Below the pieces are notes generated by a model. That model was not told the origin of the DNA and ran no database searches. It saw only the letters and a program-made list of their open reading frames with translations. A program made the translations under genes and the position numbers. From contig MFDN01000008.1 in NCBI GenBank assembly GCA_001776935.1, positions 8,998-72,997 on the forward strand: DNA of 64,000 nucleotides. Reading direction: 5' to 3'. Source of the DNA: Candidatus Daviesbacteria bacterium RIFCSPLOWO2_01_FULL_39_23. GTDB lineage: Bacteria; Patescibacteriota; Microgenomatia; Daviesbacterales; UBA10151. Shown here one piece after another: positions 1 to 10,206 of this stretch; position 1 is the stretch's first letter; each line of letters begins with the position of its first letter.

Positions 1-765
1 TGGGCTCTTTTTTATACGGTTATAATTGCACAGAATTTTAAAATAATATACCCTGTAAGTGAGCCTGCAGTATATATTTTACAAGTGGAAAAGGATTTTC
101 CGGCCCAACTTGCAGGAATTAAAGCGGGAGAAAAACTTCTGGCAATAGATAATCAGCAAATTTCAGATATTGATCAGGCAAGAAATTTTATCCAGACAAA
201 AGATGAAAAACCTTTGACTTTAACCCTTGTGGATATTGATGGTAAAAACAAAAGAGAAATTAGCGTGACTCCTAAAAAGGGAGAAGACGGTAGGGCTTTA
301 ATAGGGGTGGTATTTTCTCCAATTCCTTTCAAGCAGTATCACACTCCCATTGAGAAAATCTTTTCCGGTATTACTTATTCTTATGATTTAACAAAAATTA
401 CGTTTGTGGGATTTGCAAAACTTGTCGGTGATTTAACGACCGGTAATTTTGGACAGGCTTCACAATCTGTAGCCGGGCCGGTGGGGCTTGCTACGGTTAC
501 AAACAGTATCCTCTCAACAGGATGGGAAGCAATTGTTCCATATATTTGGTTTGTGGGAGTAATATCTTTGACACTTGCTATATTTAATGTTTTGCCCATA
601 CCTGCTTTGGATGGAGGCAGGCTTTTGTTTTTGGTAATAGAAGCAGTAGCCCGTAAAAAGGTTAAAGAGGATGTGGAAAAAATGGTGCATCAGGTAGGTT
701 TTATAATATTGATCGCTTTAGCCATACTTGTTACATTTTCAGACATCCGCAAACTCTTGCCTTGA
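1..765 (+). CDS. rseP: RseP-type site-2 zinc metalloprotease, C-terminal part (5' end outside the window)
   Basis: The frame is open from nt 1. A PDZ-like segment is followed by the C-terminal membrane helix with the NVLPIPALDGG motif typical of RseP. Confidence 0.6.
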   Translation, partial: WALFYTVIIAQNFKIIYPVSEPAVYILQVEKDFPAQLAGIKAGEKLLAIDNQQISDIDQARNFIQTKDEKPLTLTLVDIDGKNKREISVTPKKGEDGRALIGVVFSPIPFKQYHTPIEKIFSGITYSYDLTKITFVGFAKLVGDLTTGNFGQASQSVAGPVGLATVTNSILSTGWEAIVPYIWFVGVISLTLAIFNVLPIPALDGGRLLFLVIEAVARKKVKEDVEKMVHQVGFIILIALAILVTFSDIRKLLP

Positions 766-798
766 AGCCTCCAAAGAAGTACCATTAAAACTAAGGAT

Positions 799-2505
799 AT
801 GTTGTATTCAAAACTTTTTGGTAAAACAATTAAAGATGTGCCTAAAGATGCGACGCTTATTTCTCATAAGCTTTTATATAAGGCAGGGTTTATCCGGGAA
901 TCAACAGCCGGCAGATATTACTTATTACCCTTAGGACTTCGCGTTCAGCAAAATATTCAGCAGGTTATAAAAAAAGAAATGGATAAAACTGGTGCCCAAG
1001 AGCTTATCACTCCTGTTTTGCACCCCAAATACTTATGGGAAGAAACTAACCGGACTTCCTCTGTTGGTTTTGAACTGATGAGTATTAAAGATAGAAATGA
1101 AATGGAGTTTGTGTTAGGCGGAACCGCGGAAGAGATGCTGGTTGATTTGGTTAGAAAATTTCAAATTAGTTATAAGGATTTACCCTTTAATTTGTACCAA
1201 TTCTCAGTAAAATTTCGGGATGAACTTCGTGCTCGTGGCGGATTACTTCGGCTTCGTGAATTTGTTATGAAGGATGCATATTCTTTTCATACAAGTGAAG
1301 AAGACTTTAAAGTTGAATACGAAAAAATGAAAAATACTTATACAGCTATTTTTAAGAATATGGGTTTGAATACGGAAGTTGTGGAGTCTGACAATGGGTA
1401 TATCGGCGGCGAATATTGTCATGAATTTGTCGTGGGAAGCGAGATAGGTGAGAGTAAATTTCTGATGGATGAGATGGGGTATTGTGCGCATGAGGACGTA
1501 GCTGTATTTGACCCGGAGAATAAGAATCTGGATGAAATAGAAAAAGAAATGACGGAGGTAGATGCGGTTCGCGGCAATACTATGGAAGACGGAGAAAAGC
1601 TGCATAACCTTCCTTTGTGGCAACAGATGAAGGATGTATTGTATGTGGATGAAAAAGGCAGGTTTATTCTGGCAGTTATCCGGGGAGACCTTGAGGTTAA
1701 TGAAATAAAGCTGATGCATGCAGTTAAGGCTTATCAATTAAGACATGCAACGGAAGATGAGGTACGGCAAAAACTAAACTCAGAACCAGGTTTTATATCT
1801 CCGGTGGGAATTAAAAAACAGGGCGCAGAACTCAAAATAGTTGGTGACGAGTCGCTAAGAACCATAAAAAATGCATATACGGGTGCAAATAAAAAGCATA
1901 AAGACTATCTTAATGTAAATATAGACAGGGATTATAAAGTTGATATGGAGGCAGATATTGCTTTGGCAAAAGAAGGATATCTCTCTAAAAATAAAAAACC
2001 CTTAATTGCGAAAAAAGGGATTGAGGTGGGAAATATTTTTCAGCTTGGGTTCCACTATTCTTCGAAGATGACTGGTGCAAGCTTTCGGGACGTTGACGGC
2101 AAAGAAAAGCCTTATTACATGGGATGTTACGGTATAGGCCTTGCAAGAACTCTTGCAACCGTTGTAGAAGTTTATCATGATGATAAAGGAATTATCTGGC
2201 CGGAGACTGTTGCGCCATTTCAGGTTCATATCGTTGGATTGGATTTGGAAGAAAAGCAAGTTTTAGAAAATGCTAAAAAAGTATATAAATTACTACAAAC
2301 GGAAGGCATAGAAATTTTATTTGATGACAGGATTGGTGTTTCAGCCGGAGCCAAATTTGCAGATGCGGATTTAATAGGCATTCCTTACCGGGTAGTTATT
2401 TCAAAAAAAACCAAAGATCAATTAGAAGTCAAAAAAAGATCAGAAAAAGAAACGAAATTTGTTTCATTTGAAGAATTTCTGAAGATTTTACAATTTTCTC
2501 ATTGA
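799..2505 (+). CDS. proS: Prolyl-tRNA synthetase (bacterial type with insertion domain)
   Basis: 568 aa with class II aaRS motifs and a ProRS-like N-terminus (GFIRESTAGRYYLLPLG). Confidence 0.9.
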   Translation: MLYSKLFGKTIKDVPKDATLISHKLLYKAGFIRESTAGRYYLLPLGLRVQQNIQQVIKKEMDKTGAQELITPVLHPKYLWEETNRTSSVGFELMSIKDRNEMEFVLGGTAEEMLVDLVRKFQISYKDLPFNLYQFSVKFRDELRARGGLLRLREFVMKDAYSFHTSEEDFKVEYEKMKNTYTAIFKNMGLNTEVVESDNGYIGGEYCHEFVVGSEIGESKFLMDEMGYCAHEDVAVFDPENKNLDEIEKEMTEVDAVRGNTMEDGEKLHNLPLWQQMKDVLYVDEKGRFILAVIRGDLEVNEIKLMHAVKAYQLRHATEDEVRQKLNSEPGFISPVGIKKQGAELKIVGDESLRTIKNAYTGANKKHKDYLNVNIDRDYKVDMEADIALAKEGYLSKNKKPLIAKKGIEVGNIFQLGFHYSSKMTGASFRDVDGKEKPYYMGCYGIGLARTLATVVEVYHDDKGIIWPETVAPFQVHIVGLDLEEKQVLENAKKVYKLLQTEGIEILFDDRIGVSAGAKFADADLIGIPYRVVISKKTKDQLEVKKRSEKETKFVSFEEFLKILQFSH

Positions 2506-2540
2506 TTTTCACCCCATTTTCTGGTAAATTACTCCTTTAG

Positions 2541-2656
2541 TGTCATCCTGATCCGCCAGTAACTGCATAGCTGTGGGCGGAGAAGGATCTCTTACGAATG
2601 TAAGGTACCTTAAACAAGTTAGGAGATTCTTCGTCGCAGACTCCTCAGAATGACAG
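2541..2656. repeat. Intergenic repeat element, copy 1 (inverted termini tgtcatcctga / tcagaatgaca with a GC-rich ccgcc..ggcgg core)
   Basis: About 50 nt are near-identical to 33526-33575. Both copies end in an inverted repeat and both sit between same-strand genes. Confidence 0.5.
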
Positions 2657-2663
2657 AAAATAT

Positions 2664-3770
2664 ATGATTACTAAAAATATTGTCAAACAGCCAAAATCTA
2701 TAGTTGAAGTTACAGTCACAGTTCTCTGGGGTGATGTCCAAACTATGTGGGATCAAACGCTTTCTAAAATGGCTGGCGAGGTTGAGCTTCCGGGATTTCG
2801 GAAAGGCGCTGCTCCTTTGCCAATGGTTGAGTCTCAGCTGGGAACCAAGCTTCAGGATGAGGTTTTAAAAGCTGCAATGCCCAATTTTTTGATTGAAGCC
2901 TTAAAAGGCACAGATATTGTCCCTATAGATTATCCAAAATATGATTTAATTGCTTTTACAAAAGGTCAAACAATCCAATTTAAAGCAACAATTACAAACA
3001 AGCCTCAAGTTGTTGTGGGTAATTACAAAGGCATTAAAGTGACAAGAACGGCTCCTAAGCCTGTTGTGGAAGAAGAAGTGCAAAAAATTATTGATGATTT
3101 GTATAAAAGATGGAAAGCTAAGCAGTCTTCAGCTGTCAGTCTTCAGTCTTCAGCCACACAAAATCAAAATACAACAGGACAAACAGGATCAATCAGCTTT
3201 CAAGGGGGTCAAACTCAAACGCAAACACCTGCCAACGGTCAAACTGAAGGCCCGGATGATGTTTTTGCCAAAGCCATGGGAGCTTTATCTTTGTCTGATT
3301 TAAAAACTAAAGTCCGTAAAGATTTAGAATCAAATGTATCCTACAACAATGAATTGGATTACGAGGAAGCAATTTTGCAGGAAGTTGAAAAAATAACCAC
3401 GGTAGAACTGCCGGAAATATTAATTGGCGATGAGCTAAACAGAATGCTTGTTTCATTGCAAAGACGGGTTGCGGATATGGGACTATTGCTTGAAGATTAT
3501 TTAAAAAGTCAGGGTAAGACTTTAGAACAACTCAAAGACGAATGGAGAGTGCAGGCTGAGAAAAATGTCAGGATGGAGCTTGGGCTTGCAGAAATTGCCC
3601 GATCAGAAAATGTGACCATAACAGATGAGGAATTAAAAGCGGAAATTGATAAAATCCAGGATGCCAAAGTAAAAGCGCAATTTGAGGCACAGGAACCAAG
3701 ATTACATTTAAGGCATGCTTTGAGACAAACCCGCACGCTGGATCTTCTTAAAAAGATGGTTGGAGGGTAA
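2664..3770 (+). CDS. tig: Trigger factor with a Q/T-rich low-complexity insertion
   Basis: N-terminal trigger-factor signature PGFRKGAAP and a C-terminal chaperone arm. Positions 3127-3160 carry tandem cagtcttcag repeats. Confidence 0.8.
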   Translation: MITKNIVKQPKSIVEVTVTVLWGDVQTMWDQTLSKMAGEVELPGFRKGAAPLPMVESQLGTKLQDEVLKAAMPNFLIEALKGTDIVPIDYPKYDLIAFTKGQTIQFKATITNKPQVVVGNYKGIKVTRTAPKPVVEEEVQKIIDDLYKRWKAKQSSAVSLQSSATQNQNTTGQTGSISFQGGQTQTQTPANGQTEGPDDVFAKAMGALSLSDLKTKVRKDLESNVSYNNELDYEEAILQEVEKITTVELPEILIGDELNRMLVSLQRRVADMGLLLEDYLKSQGKTLEQLKDEWRVQAEKNVRMELGLAEIARSENVTITDEELKAEIDKIQDAKVKAQFEAQEPRLHLRHALRQTRTLDLLKKMVGG

Positions 3771-3772
3771 AA

Positions 3773-4105
3773 ATGGATAGTTGCCTTTTTTGCAAAATTA
3801 TCAAAAAAGAGCTTCCGGCAAAATTTATCTTTGAATCGGAAAATGCGGTGGCTTTTCCGGATATTAACCCTTCGGCAGAGGTTCATATTTTAATTGTTCC
3901 TAAAGGACATATCGGCGGGGTGCAGGATTTGGATAAAGAAAGCGGGGGTTTGCTCGCAGAAATTTACTTGGTAGCTAATCAGTTAGTAAAGCAGTATAAT
4001 TTAGAGGATAGTTTGTACCGTGTGGTGGTGAATGGCGGTAAGGCTCAGCATGTGCCTCATTTGCATTTCCATCTATTGGGCGGTAATTTGAACAAGTTAG
4101 TTTGA
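3773..4105 (+). CDS. HIT-family (histidine triad) hydrolase
   Basis: 110 aa with the HVPHLHFHLLGG histidine-triad motif. Confidence 0.8.
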   Translation: MDSCLFCKIIKKELPAKFIFESENAVAFPDINPSAEVHILIVPKGHIGGVQDLDKESGGLLAEIYLVANQLVKQYNLEDSLYRVVVNGGKAQHVPHLHFHLLGGNLNKLV

Positions 4106-4163
4106 TAAATAAAATTTTAACTGGACAATTTTGTCCGAACACAAAAAGGAGGTGTTTTTTTTC

Positions 4164-4358
4164 TTGATTATTGTAAAAGCCGGTCCGGGTGATAATACCG
4201 ATTCGGTTATTAGAAAATTTCAAAAAAGAGCTATTGCAGAAGGAAGAGTGCAGGAAATAAGAGACAGATCAGTTTACAGAAAACCTTCTGAGCTTCGTCA
4301 GGAATATTTGGCAGAAAAGCGCAGAAAGATTATGCGTGCCAGAAGATATAGCAGGTAA
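4164..4358 (+). CDS. rpsU: 30S ribosomal protein S21
   Basis: A TTG start lies 9 nt after AAAGGAGGTG. The basic C-terminus (RKPSELRQEYLAEKRRK) aligns to S21. The upstream TTG at 4131 that begins the computed ORF has no RBS. Confidence 0.75.
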   Translation: MIIVKAGPGDNTDSVIRKFQKRAIAEGRVQEIRDRSVYRKPSELRQEYLAEKRRKIMRARRYSR

Positions 4359-4372
4359 AAGCCTTTTTATAT

Positions 4373-4813
4373 ATGTTATTGGGTACAATACAAACTGATT
4401 TAAAAAATGCGCAACTTGCCCGTGATGAGGTGAAAGTTTCCGCCTTAAGGATGCTCCTTTCTGAAATTCATAATATGAATATTCAAAAAGGAGGCGAGTT
4501 GTCTGATGCTGAGGTAGTATCGATTGTGCAGAGGGAGGTCAAAAAGCGCAAAGAAGCAGCAGCAGGATTTAGATCAGGCGATAGAGAAGCTTCAGCAAAG
4601 AAGGAAGAGGCAGAGCTTGAAGTGCTGATGGTCTATCTTCCTGCCCAATTATCAACTGAGGAATTGACTAAAATCATAGTGGAGTCTATAAATGAAACTG
4701 GTGCAGTTTCAATAAGCGATATGGGAAAAGTGATAGGATCAGTTATGGGTAAAGTTGCAGGCCGGGCAGATGGGGGAACAGTCAGCGCTTTGGTTAAAGA
4801 AAAGTTGTCCTAA
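4373..4813 (+). CDS. GatB/YqeY-domain protein
   Basis: 146 aa. Both the N-terminus and the C-terminus (LSTEELTKIIVESINETG) are YqeY-like. Confidence 0.65.
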   Translation: MLLGTIQTDLKNAQLARDEVKVSALRMLLSEIHNMNIQKGGELSDAEVVSIVQREVKKRKEAAAGFRSGDREASAKKEEAELEVLMVYLPAQLSTEELTKIIVESINETGAVSISDMGKVIGSVMGKVAGRADGGTVSALVKEKLS

Positions 4814-4842
4814 ACGAAATAAAAGGAGAAAGGTCCAAAAAT

Positions 4843-5256
4843 ATGGTGAATATTATTGTAAACGCTGATCCAAGATATAATGTTAATAAGGAAGGTATAA
4901 AAGCAGTAGTTTCAAGGGTGCTTACCAGGCTGCGTATTTCCGGGAAAATAGAATTGGGAGTTAATGTTATCGGTGACAGGAAAATGCATGAGCTTAACAG
5001 GAAATATAGAGGTTTAGATCAGACGACTAATGTCTTATCTTTTGCTTTAGAAGATACAAATCCTGAAAGCCTGCAACATATCCCCAGGATTGGTTTTGTG
5101 GCAGCGCCTGATAAATGGCTTCGTTTGGGCGACATAATAATTTCTTATCCGCAGGCTTTGGAAGATGCTTCAATGGATGGTATTTCGGTTGATGAGGAGA
5201 TCAGAACTTTAGTGGAGCATGGAATGAATCACCTGCTGGGAATTCACCACACTTAA
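4843..5256 (+). CDS. ybeY: rRNA maturation endoribonuclease YbeY
   Basis: Carries the HGMNHLLGIHH zinc-binding motif (HxxxHxxGxxH). Confidence 0.8.
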   Translation: MVNIIVNADPRYNVNKEGIKAVVSRVLTRLRISGKIELGVNVIGDRKMHELNRKYRGLDQTTNVLSFALEDTNPESLQHIPRIGFVAAPDKWLRLGDIIISYPQALEDASMDGISVDEEIRTLVEHGMNHLLGIHHT

Positions 5257-6914
5257 TGTCTAACAATTTTGCTTTCTATTTAAAGTACCGCCCGCAGGTT
5301 CTTGATGAGCTGATTGGCCAGGAAGCTGTTAAGAAAACACTTCTTTCATCTTTTCAAAATAATAAACTGTCTCATGCGTATCTTTTTGTGGGCCCGCGCG
5401 GTACAGGTAAAACTTCAACAGCCAGGATTTTGGCAAAGATGGTTAATTGCGAAATGGCTTTTAGCGATTTGCCGTTGGCTGTTGGCAATGAAAAAGCGAA
5501 TAGCCAAAAGCTAACAGCCAGTAGCGAAATTCCATGCAACAAATGCGCTACCTGTTTATCAATTACAGATGGAAGCAATATGGATCTGATTGAAATTGAT
5601 GCTGCATCAAACAGAGGCATAGAAGATATCCGGTCTTTGCGTGATAAAATTAAATTGTCTCCAACCACCGGCAAAAAGAAAGTTTATATCATTGATGAAG
5701 TTCATATGCTGACTCCGGAGGCATTTAATGCCCTTTTAAAAACTTTGGAAGAACCTCCTGCTCATGCTTTGTTTGTATTGGCTACGACCGAAGCATCCAA
5801 GTTGCCTCAAACAATTCTTTCGCGGGTTCAAAGATTGGATTTTAAATTAGCAGAGTCTCAAGAGCTGGAGGAAGCCTTAAAAAAAATTATAAAAAGCGAA
5901 AAGGTGGAGATTGATGAAGAGGCTTTAAAAATTATTGCAAAAAAGGCAGAAGGTTCTTTTAGGGACGGAGTGAAGCTATTGGATCAGCTTGCTTCAATGG
6001 GAGAAAAAATCACCGTAAAGTTTGTAAGCGATAATTTTAGGTCATCGCAGTTTGAAAATATTTTAGATTTAATAAAAAATTTAAAAAATAAAAATGTTTC
6101 CGGAGGATTATTAAGTATCGGAAGACAAATAGAAAGCGGCGTAGATATAAAACAATTACTGCTTTCTTTGATGGATATTTTAAGAAGCTTAGTGCTTATA
6201 AAAAACGGCGTTGGTAAACAGTTGGTGAAAGGGTTGACTCAGGATAAATATACCGAGCTGGAAACTCTTGCAGAAGGTTTTGAAAATCATGATTTAATCA
6301 AAGATTTGGATATTCTGCAGCATGCCCTGGAGAAATTAAAATTTACTTCTATTCCTTCTCTGCCGCTGGAACTGGGTGTGGTTGAAATGTGCAATTCCAA
6401 AAATAAACCGTTGGACTATTTTCCTTTGGAAAAGAAACTGAGAGATTCTTCACCGGCAAAGCCGGTTCAGAATGACAATATAGAAGCTGCAGCTAATGAA
6501 CCAAAAGCTCAGGATTCTAATACTTTGAGTGCCGATGAGGTGCCGGCTGTTGATACTGCAGACTCCGATATTTTAAAACTAAAAGAAAAATGGACTTTTG
6601 TTTTAGAGACAGTCCGTTCTTTTAATTTTTCTTTGGAGGCACTTTTGCGGGTTATCAATATTAAAGAATGCACCCCGACTTCTGTTGTATTGGAGGTGCC
6701 GTATTCTTTTCACCAGCGGATTTTGGAAGCTCCAAAAAATAGGGATCTTATAGAGGGAGTATTTTCTGATATTTTAGGAAGAAGCATAAGGATATCTACA
6801 AAGCTGGGGAGCCGTTTGCCAAAAACGGAAGACGTTGCCAATATAGAAGTGGCGCAGGATGATGAAATTATAAAAGCAGCAGCAGAAATTTTTAATTCAG
6901 ATTCTATAAATTAA
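5256..6914 (+). CDS. dnaX: DNA polymerase III subunit gamma/tau
   Basis: AAA+ Walker A motif GPRGTGKTS, zinc module CNKCATC and an SRVQR sensor. The start overlaps the ybeY stop (TAATG). Confidence 0.85.
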   Translation: MSNNFAFYLKYRPQVLDELIGQEAVKKTLLSSFQNNKLSHAYLFVGPRGTGKTSTARILAKMVNCEMAFSDLPLAVGNEKANSQKLTASSEIPCNKCATCLSITDGSNMDLIEIDAASNRGIEDIRSLRDKIKLSPTTGKKKVYIIDEVHMLTPEAFNALLKTLEEPPAHALFVLATTEASKLPQTILSRVQRLDFKLAESQELEEALKKIIKSEKVEIDEEALKIIAKKAEGSFRDGVKLLDQLASMGEKITVKFVSDNFRSSQFENILDLIKNLKNKNVSGGLLSIGRQIESGVDIKQLLLSLMDILRSLVLIKNGVGKQLVKGLTQDKYTELETLAEGFENHDLIKDLDILQHALEKLKFTSIPSLPLELGVVEMCNSKNKPLDYFPLEKKLRDSSPAKPVQNDNIEAAANEPKAQDSNTLSADEVPAVDTADSDILKLKEKWTFVLETVRSFNFSLEALLRVINIKECTPTSVVLEVPYSFHQRILEAPKNRDLIEGVFSDILGRSIRISTKLGSRLPKTEDVANIEVAQDDEIIKAAAEIFNSDSIN

Positions 6915-6966
6915 TAGATTTCCCCTTGACAAAAAATATCTTCTAGTTAACAATACTTACATCTTT

Positions 6967-8256
6967 ATGGCATCGAAAGTTTTTAAATTAATAGCAGAAG
7001 AAGCTCATCGTCAAAAATACGGCCTTGAGATGATCCCCTCGGAAAATTATGTTTCTGAAAATGTTTTAAAAGCTTTGGGTTCAATACTTACTAATAAATA
7101 CTCTGAAGGTTTCCCCGGAAGAAGATATTACGGCGGCAATGAAGTAATCGATAAAATTGAAAATTATGCGGTAGAATTAGCCAAAAAGCTCTTTAAAGTT
7201 CCGGCTGCTTTTGTGCAAGCTTATTCAGGTTCTCCGGCAAATCAGGCTGTCACTATGGCTGTTTGCGAGCCCGGGGATGTGGTAATGGGATTGTCTCTTT
7301 CATCAGGAGGTCATTTAACTCATGGTGCAAAGCTCAGTTTTTCAAGCCTTTTTTACAAGGCAGTTAATTACTCTGTCGGTGAAGATTGGAAAATTGATTT
7401 TGATGAATTGGAAGAACTTGCTAAAAAACATAAGCCAAAATTAATTTGGGCCGGTACCACTGCTTATCCTTTTAAATTAGATTATAAAAAATTCAAGAAA
7501 ATTGCCGATGAAGTAGGGGCTACGCTGGTTGCAGATTGTTCTCACATTACTGGCTTAATTATTGGCGGAGTCCATCAGTCACCGGTACCTTACGTTGATA
7601 TTATTATGACTACAACTCATAAAACTTTAAGAGGGCCAAGAGGAGCAATAATTCTGGTGACAGAACGGGGACTTAAAAAAGACCCGGAAATAAAATCTAA
7701 AATTGAGAGGGCAATTATCCCAGGGTTACAAGGAGGACCTCATAATCACCAAACAGCAGCGATTGCTGTAAGTTTGGAAGAAGCACTAAAGCCATCCTTT
7801 AAAAAATATGCAGTTCAAGTTGCTGAAAATGCAAAAATTTTGGCAAAAGAATTGGGTACGGTTTCGGAAACCCATCTGGTGCTTTTAAGTTTAACTAAAT
7901 ACGGATATGGATTAGGTTATCAGGCGCAATACGCTTTAGAGGAAGCGGGAATTACTGTCAATAAAAATACTATACCCGGAGAACCGGCATCTCCATTTTA
8001 TCCTTCAGGAATTAGATTGGGTACGCCAGCTTTAACTACCCGGGGGATGAAAGAAAAAGATATGGTAAAAGTTGCGGGTTGGATAAAAAGAGTTTTAGAA
8101 GAAATTAAGGGATTGGATTTGCCGAAAGAACAGGATAAAAGAAAAGATTTCTTAAAAGAAGTTAAGGTGAAATTGGCCAAAAATAAGAATTTGAAGACTA
8201 TAAAAGCAGAAATTGAAAGATTTGCCGGTAAATTCCCGGTACCCGGAATCCGATGA
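6967..8256 (+). CDS. glyA: Serine hydroxymethyltransferase
   Basis: SHMT PLP-lysine context (HKTLRGPRG) and similarity along the full length. Confidence 0.95.
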   Translation: MASKVFKLIAEEAHRQKYGLEMIPSENYVSENVLKALGSILTNKYSEGFPGRRYYGGNEVIDKIENYAVELAKKLFKVPAAFVQAYSGSPANQAVTMAVCEPGDVVMGLSLSSGGHLTHGAKLSFSSLFYKAVNYSVGEDWKIDFDELEELAKKHKPKLIWAGTTAYPFKLDYKKFKKIADEVGATLVADCSHITGLIIGGVHQSPVPYVDIIMTTTHKTLRGPRGAIILVTERGLKKDPEIKSKIERAIIPGLQGGPHNHQTAAIAVSLEEALKPSFKKYAVQVAENAKILAKELGTVSETHLVLLSLTKYGYGLGYQAQYALEEAGITVNKNTIPGEPASPFYPSGIRLGTPALTTRGMKEKDMVKVAGWIKRVLEEIKGLDLPKEQDKRKDFLKEVKVKLAKNKNLKTIKAEIERFAGKFPVPGIR

Positions 8257-9089
8257 AAATCAGCGGAAAAGAAGTTGCAGATGCCATTGCAAAAAAGCTT
8301 CAGGAAGAAGTAAAATCCTTAAAAGTTAAACCGGTTTTAGCAATCGTTTTAGCAGGCGATAACCCTGCCTCCAGAATTTATGTAAGAAATAAAATCAAAA
8401 GGGCGGAAGAAATTGGGGTTACAGCAGAGCTTTTTGAATTTTCTAAAGATCAATTTGATGAGTGTTTGGAAAAAATACAGGAATTAAATCAGGACCCGAA
8501 AACGCATGGAATTATTATTCAGTTTCCCATATTTGAAGGATGGAATTTTGAGGAACTGATAACAAAAGTAGATCCCCAAAAAGATGTGGACGGGTTTTTA
8601 CCTAACTCGTCATTCAGAGGAGCCACTGCTTTAGGGGTTTGGGAAATGCTTACTGCTTTTGCCTTAGAAGAAGGTTTTTTAACTACAGAAGAATTTTTAA
8701 AAGATAAAAATATTGCACTTTTGGGAAAAGGAAAAACCGCAGGGGGCCCTACCAGAGATTTATTAAAGGAAAAAAATATCCAATTTAGCCTAATTGATTC
8801 CAAAACTATAAACCCTGATGAAATAATTAAAAATGCAGATGTGATAATTTCTGCAACCGGCAAAAAAAATATTATCGCAGGAGAAAAAATTAAAGAGGGA
8901 AGTTTTGTAATTGGGGTGGGAGTAGGTAAAGAAAAAGTGAATGATGAAGAGAAAATTTTTGGCGATATTGAAGAGCAGTCAGTTTCTCAAAAAGCAAAAC
9001 TATATTGTCCGACCATTGGCGGAATTGGGCCTTTGACAATTGTGTGTCTTTTAAGAAATGTGGTAAAATTAGTAGAAGGAAAAATATAA
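8253..9089 (+). CDS. folD: Bifunctional methylene-THF dehydrogenase/cyclohydrolase
   Basis: FolD N-terminus (ILAGDNPASRIYVRNK). ATGA overlap with glyA. Confidence 0.9.
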   Translation: MKISGKEVADAIAKKLQEEVKSLKVKPVLAIVLAGDNPASRIYVRNKIKRAEEIGVTAELFEFSKDQFDECLEKIQELNQDPKTHGIIIQFPIFEGWNFEELITKVDPQKDVDGFLPNSSFRGATALGVWEMLTAFALEEGFLTTEEFLKDKNIALLGKGKTAGGPTRDLLKEKNIQFSLIDSKTINPDEIIKNADVIISATGKKNIIAGEKIKEGSFVIGVGVGKEKVNDEEKIFGDIEEQSVSQKAKLYCPTIGGIGPLTIVCLLRNVVKLVEGKI

Positions 9090-9090
9090 T

Positions 9091-9369
9091 ATGGGATTCA
9101 TGGATAATTTAAAACAACTGGGTGATTTAAAGAAAATGCGCGACCAGGCTATGGAAATGCAGAAAAAACTGGCGCAGATTAAAATCACCATTGAGCATAA
9201 AGGCGTAACAGTAGTGATGACTGCGGATCAAAAGGTTCAATCAATCTCCGGTGATATGGATCCGCAAAAAGTCACGGAAGCAGTTAATGAAGCCTTAAAA
9301 CAATCGCAAAAAGTAGCCGCAGAAGAAATGAAACCCCTAATGGGCGGCATGGGTATTCCCGGAATGTAA
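9091..9369 (+). CDS. ybaB: Nucleoid-associated protein YbaB/EbfC
   Basis: 92 aa of YbaB family. It sits in a dnaX/ybaB/recR neighbourhood. Confidence 0.8.
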   Translation: MGFMDNLKQLGDLKKMRDQAMEMQKKLAQIKITIEHKGVTVVMTADQKVQSISGDMDPQKVTEAVNEALKQSQKVAAEEMKPLMGGMGIPGM

Positions 9370-10152
9370 ATGGTAGACCAATTATCTGAGCATCCGCTGC
9401 CGGGAAAGTGGAAAGAGGAAACTTTTCATCACAAAGCAGATTTATTTGCTTGGGACGCCTTAGATTTTTTGGCAAAAAGCGGGTTTTTCATCTTCGGAGA
9501 AAAGCTAAAAGAAGGAACTGATTCCAATCAAGTTCGGCTGAATTTAACCGCGGTTCAATCGCAGGCTTTTCAACTATTGTATACATCCGTACTTAGCGAA
9601 GCTATGATCAGAAATGCCCGTCAGGAGGATAACCCTGTTAACAGGCCGCACATAAGTGAAAGGGTTTATGAGGCAAGCGGTGAAATCCCCGGCAAAGCTC
9701 CCGCTACTATTGCTGCTATTTCCAGATTACATCTATTTTGGGATACAGCTGAACAGCAACCGTGGAAGTTTTACTTTGAGGGTGAAGTCAGTCCCGGTAC
9801 ACATAATAAAAAAGAAATTCCGGAAGTTTTCTTTATGGTTTCGCAGGGTCCGATTAAAACTCAATCTCAAGTAGTAAATTTATACGGCGGCCGTTTTGAC
9901 GTGGAAAATAATATCAAAGTGTCTTATGATTATTTAGACGATAGAAGGATTTGCAAAACTGAAGTGGTGATTGGCGGCGACCAAAAGGAGGTAAGCGTAT
10001 ATACGCATAGATTAATCGGTTCTATGGGTAATGAATATTTTATTTACGGATGCAATTACAATCAGCCTGTTTCATCTACGGAGGTTTCTGTTGAAACTCC
10101 AATTAGCGGGATAGATGGTGTGAGCATTTCGGGGAGAACCCCGGTAAGATAA
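9370..10152 (+). CDS. Hypothetical protein inserted between ybaB and recR
   Basis: 260 aa ORF starting 1 nt after the ybaB stop. No recognisable motif. Confidence 0.4.
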   Translation: MVDQLSEHPLPGKWKEETFHHKADLFAWDALDFLAKSGFFIFGEKLKEGTDSNQVRLNLTAVQSQAFQLLYTSVLSEAMIRNARQEDNPVNRPHISERVYEASGEIPGKAPATIAAISRLHLFWDTAEQQPWKFYFEGEVSPGTHNKKEIPEVFFMVSQGPIKTQSQVVNLYGGRFDVENNIKVSYDYLDDRRICKTEVVIGGDQKEVSVYTHRLIGSMGNEYFIYGCNYNQPVSSTEVSVETPISGIDGVSISGRTPVR

Positions 10153-10206
10153 AAATTATCCCGGAGGTAGTAAAATGATTTTGGTAGTGCTAAAATTAGC
10201 TTCATT

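Noticed and set aside
1243-1737. Antisense ORFs embedded in proS, dnaX, folD, purL and similar genes (for example 1243-1737, 5372-5674, 8519-8863, 22439-22768).
   Set aside because: Each lies fully inside a well-supported gene on the opposite strand and has no RBS or motifs. These are typical AT-rich antisense open frames.
6929-6960. Possible sigma70 promoter (TTGACA ... AACAAT) upstream of glyA.
   Set aside because: The -35 box is perfect but the -10 box is weak (4/6). It is not reported as a feature.
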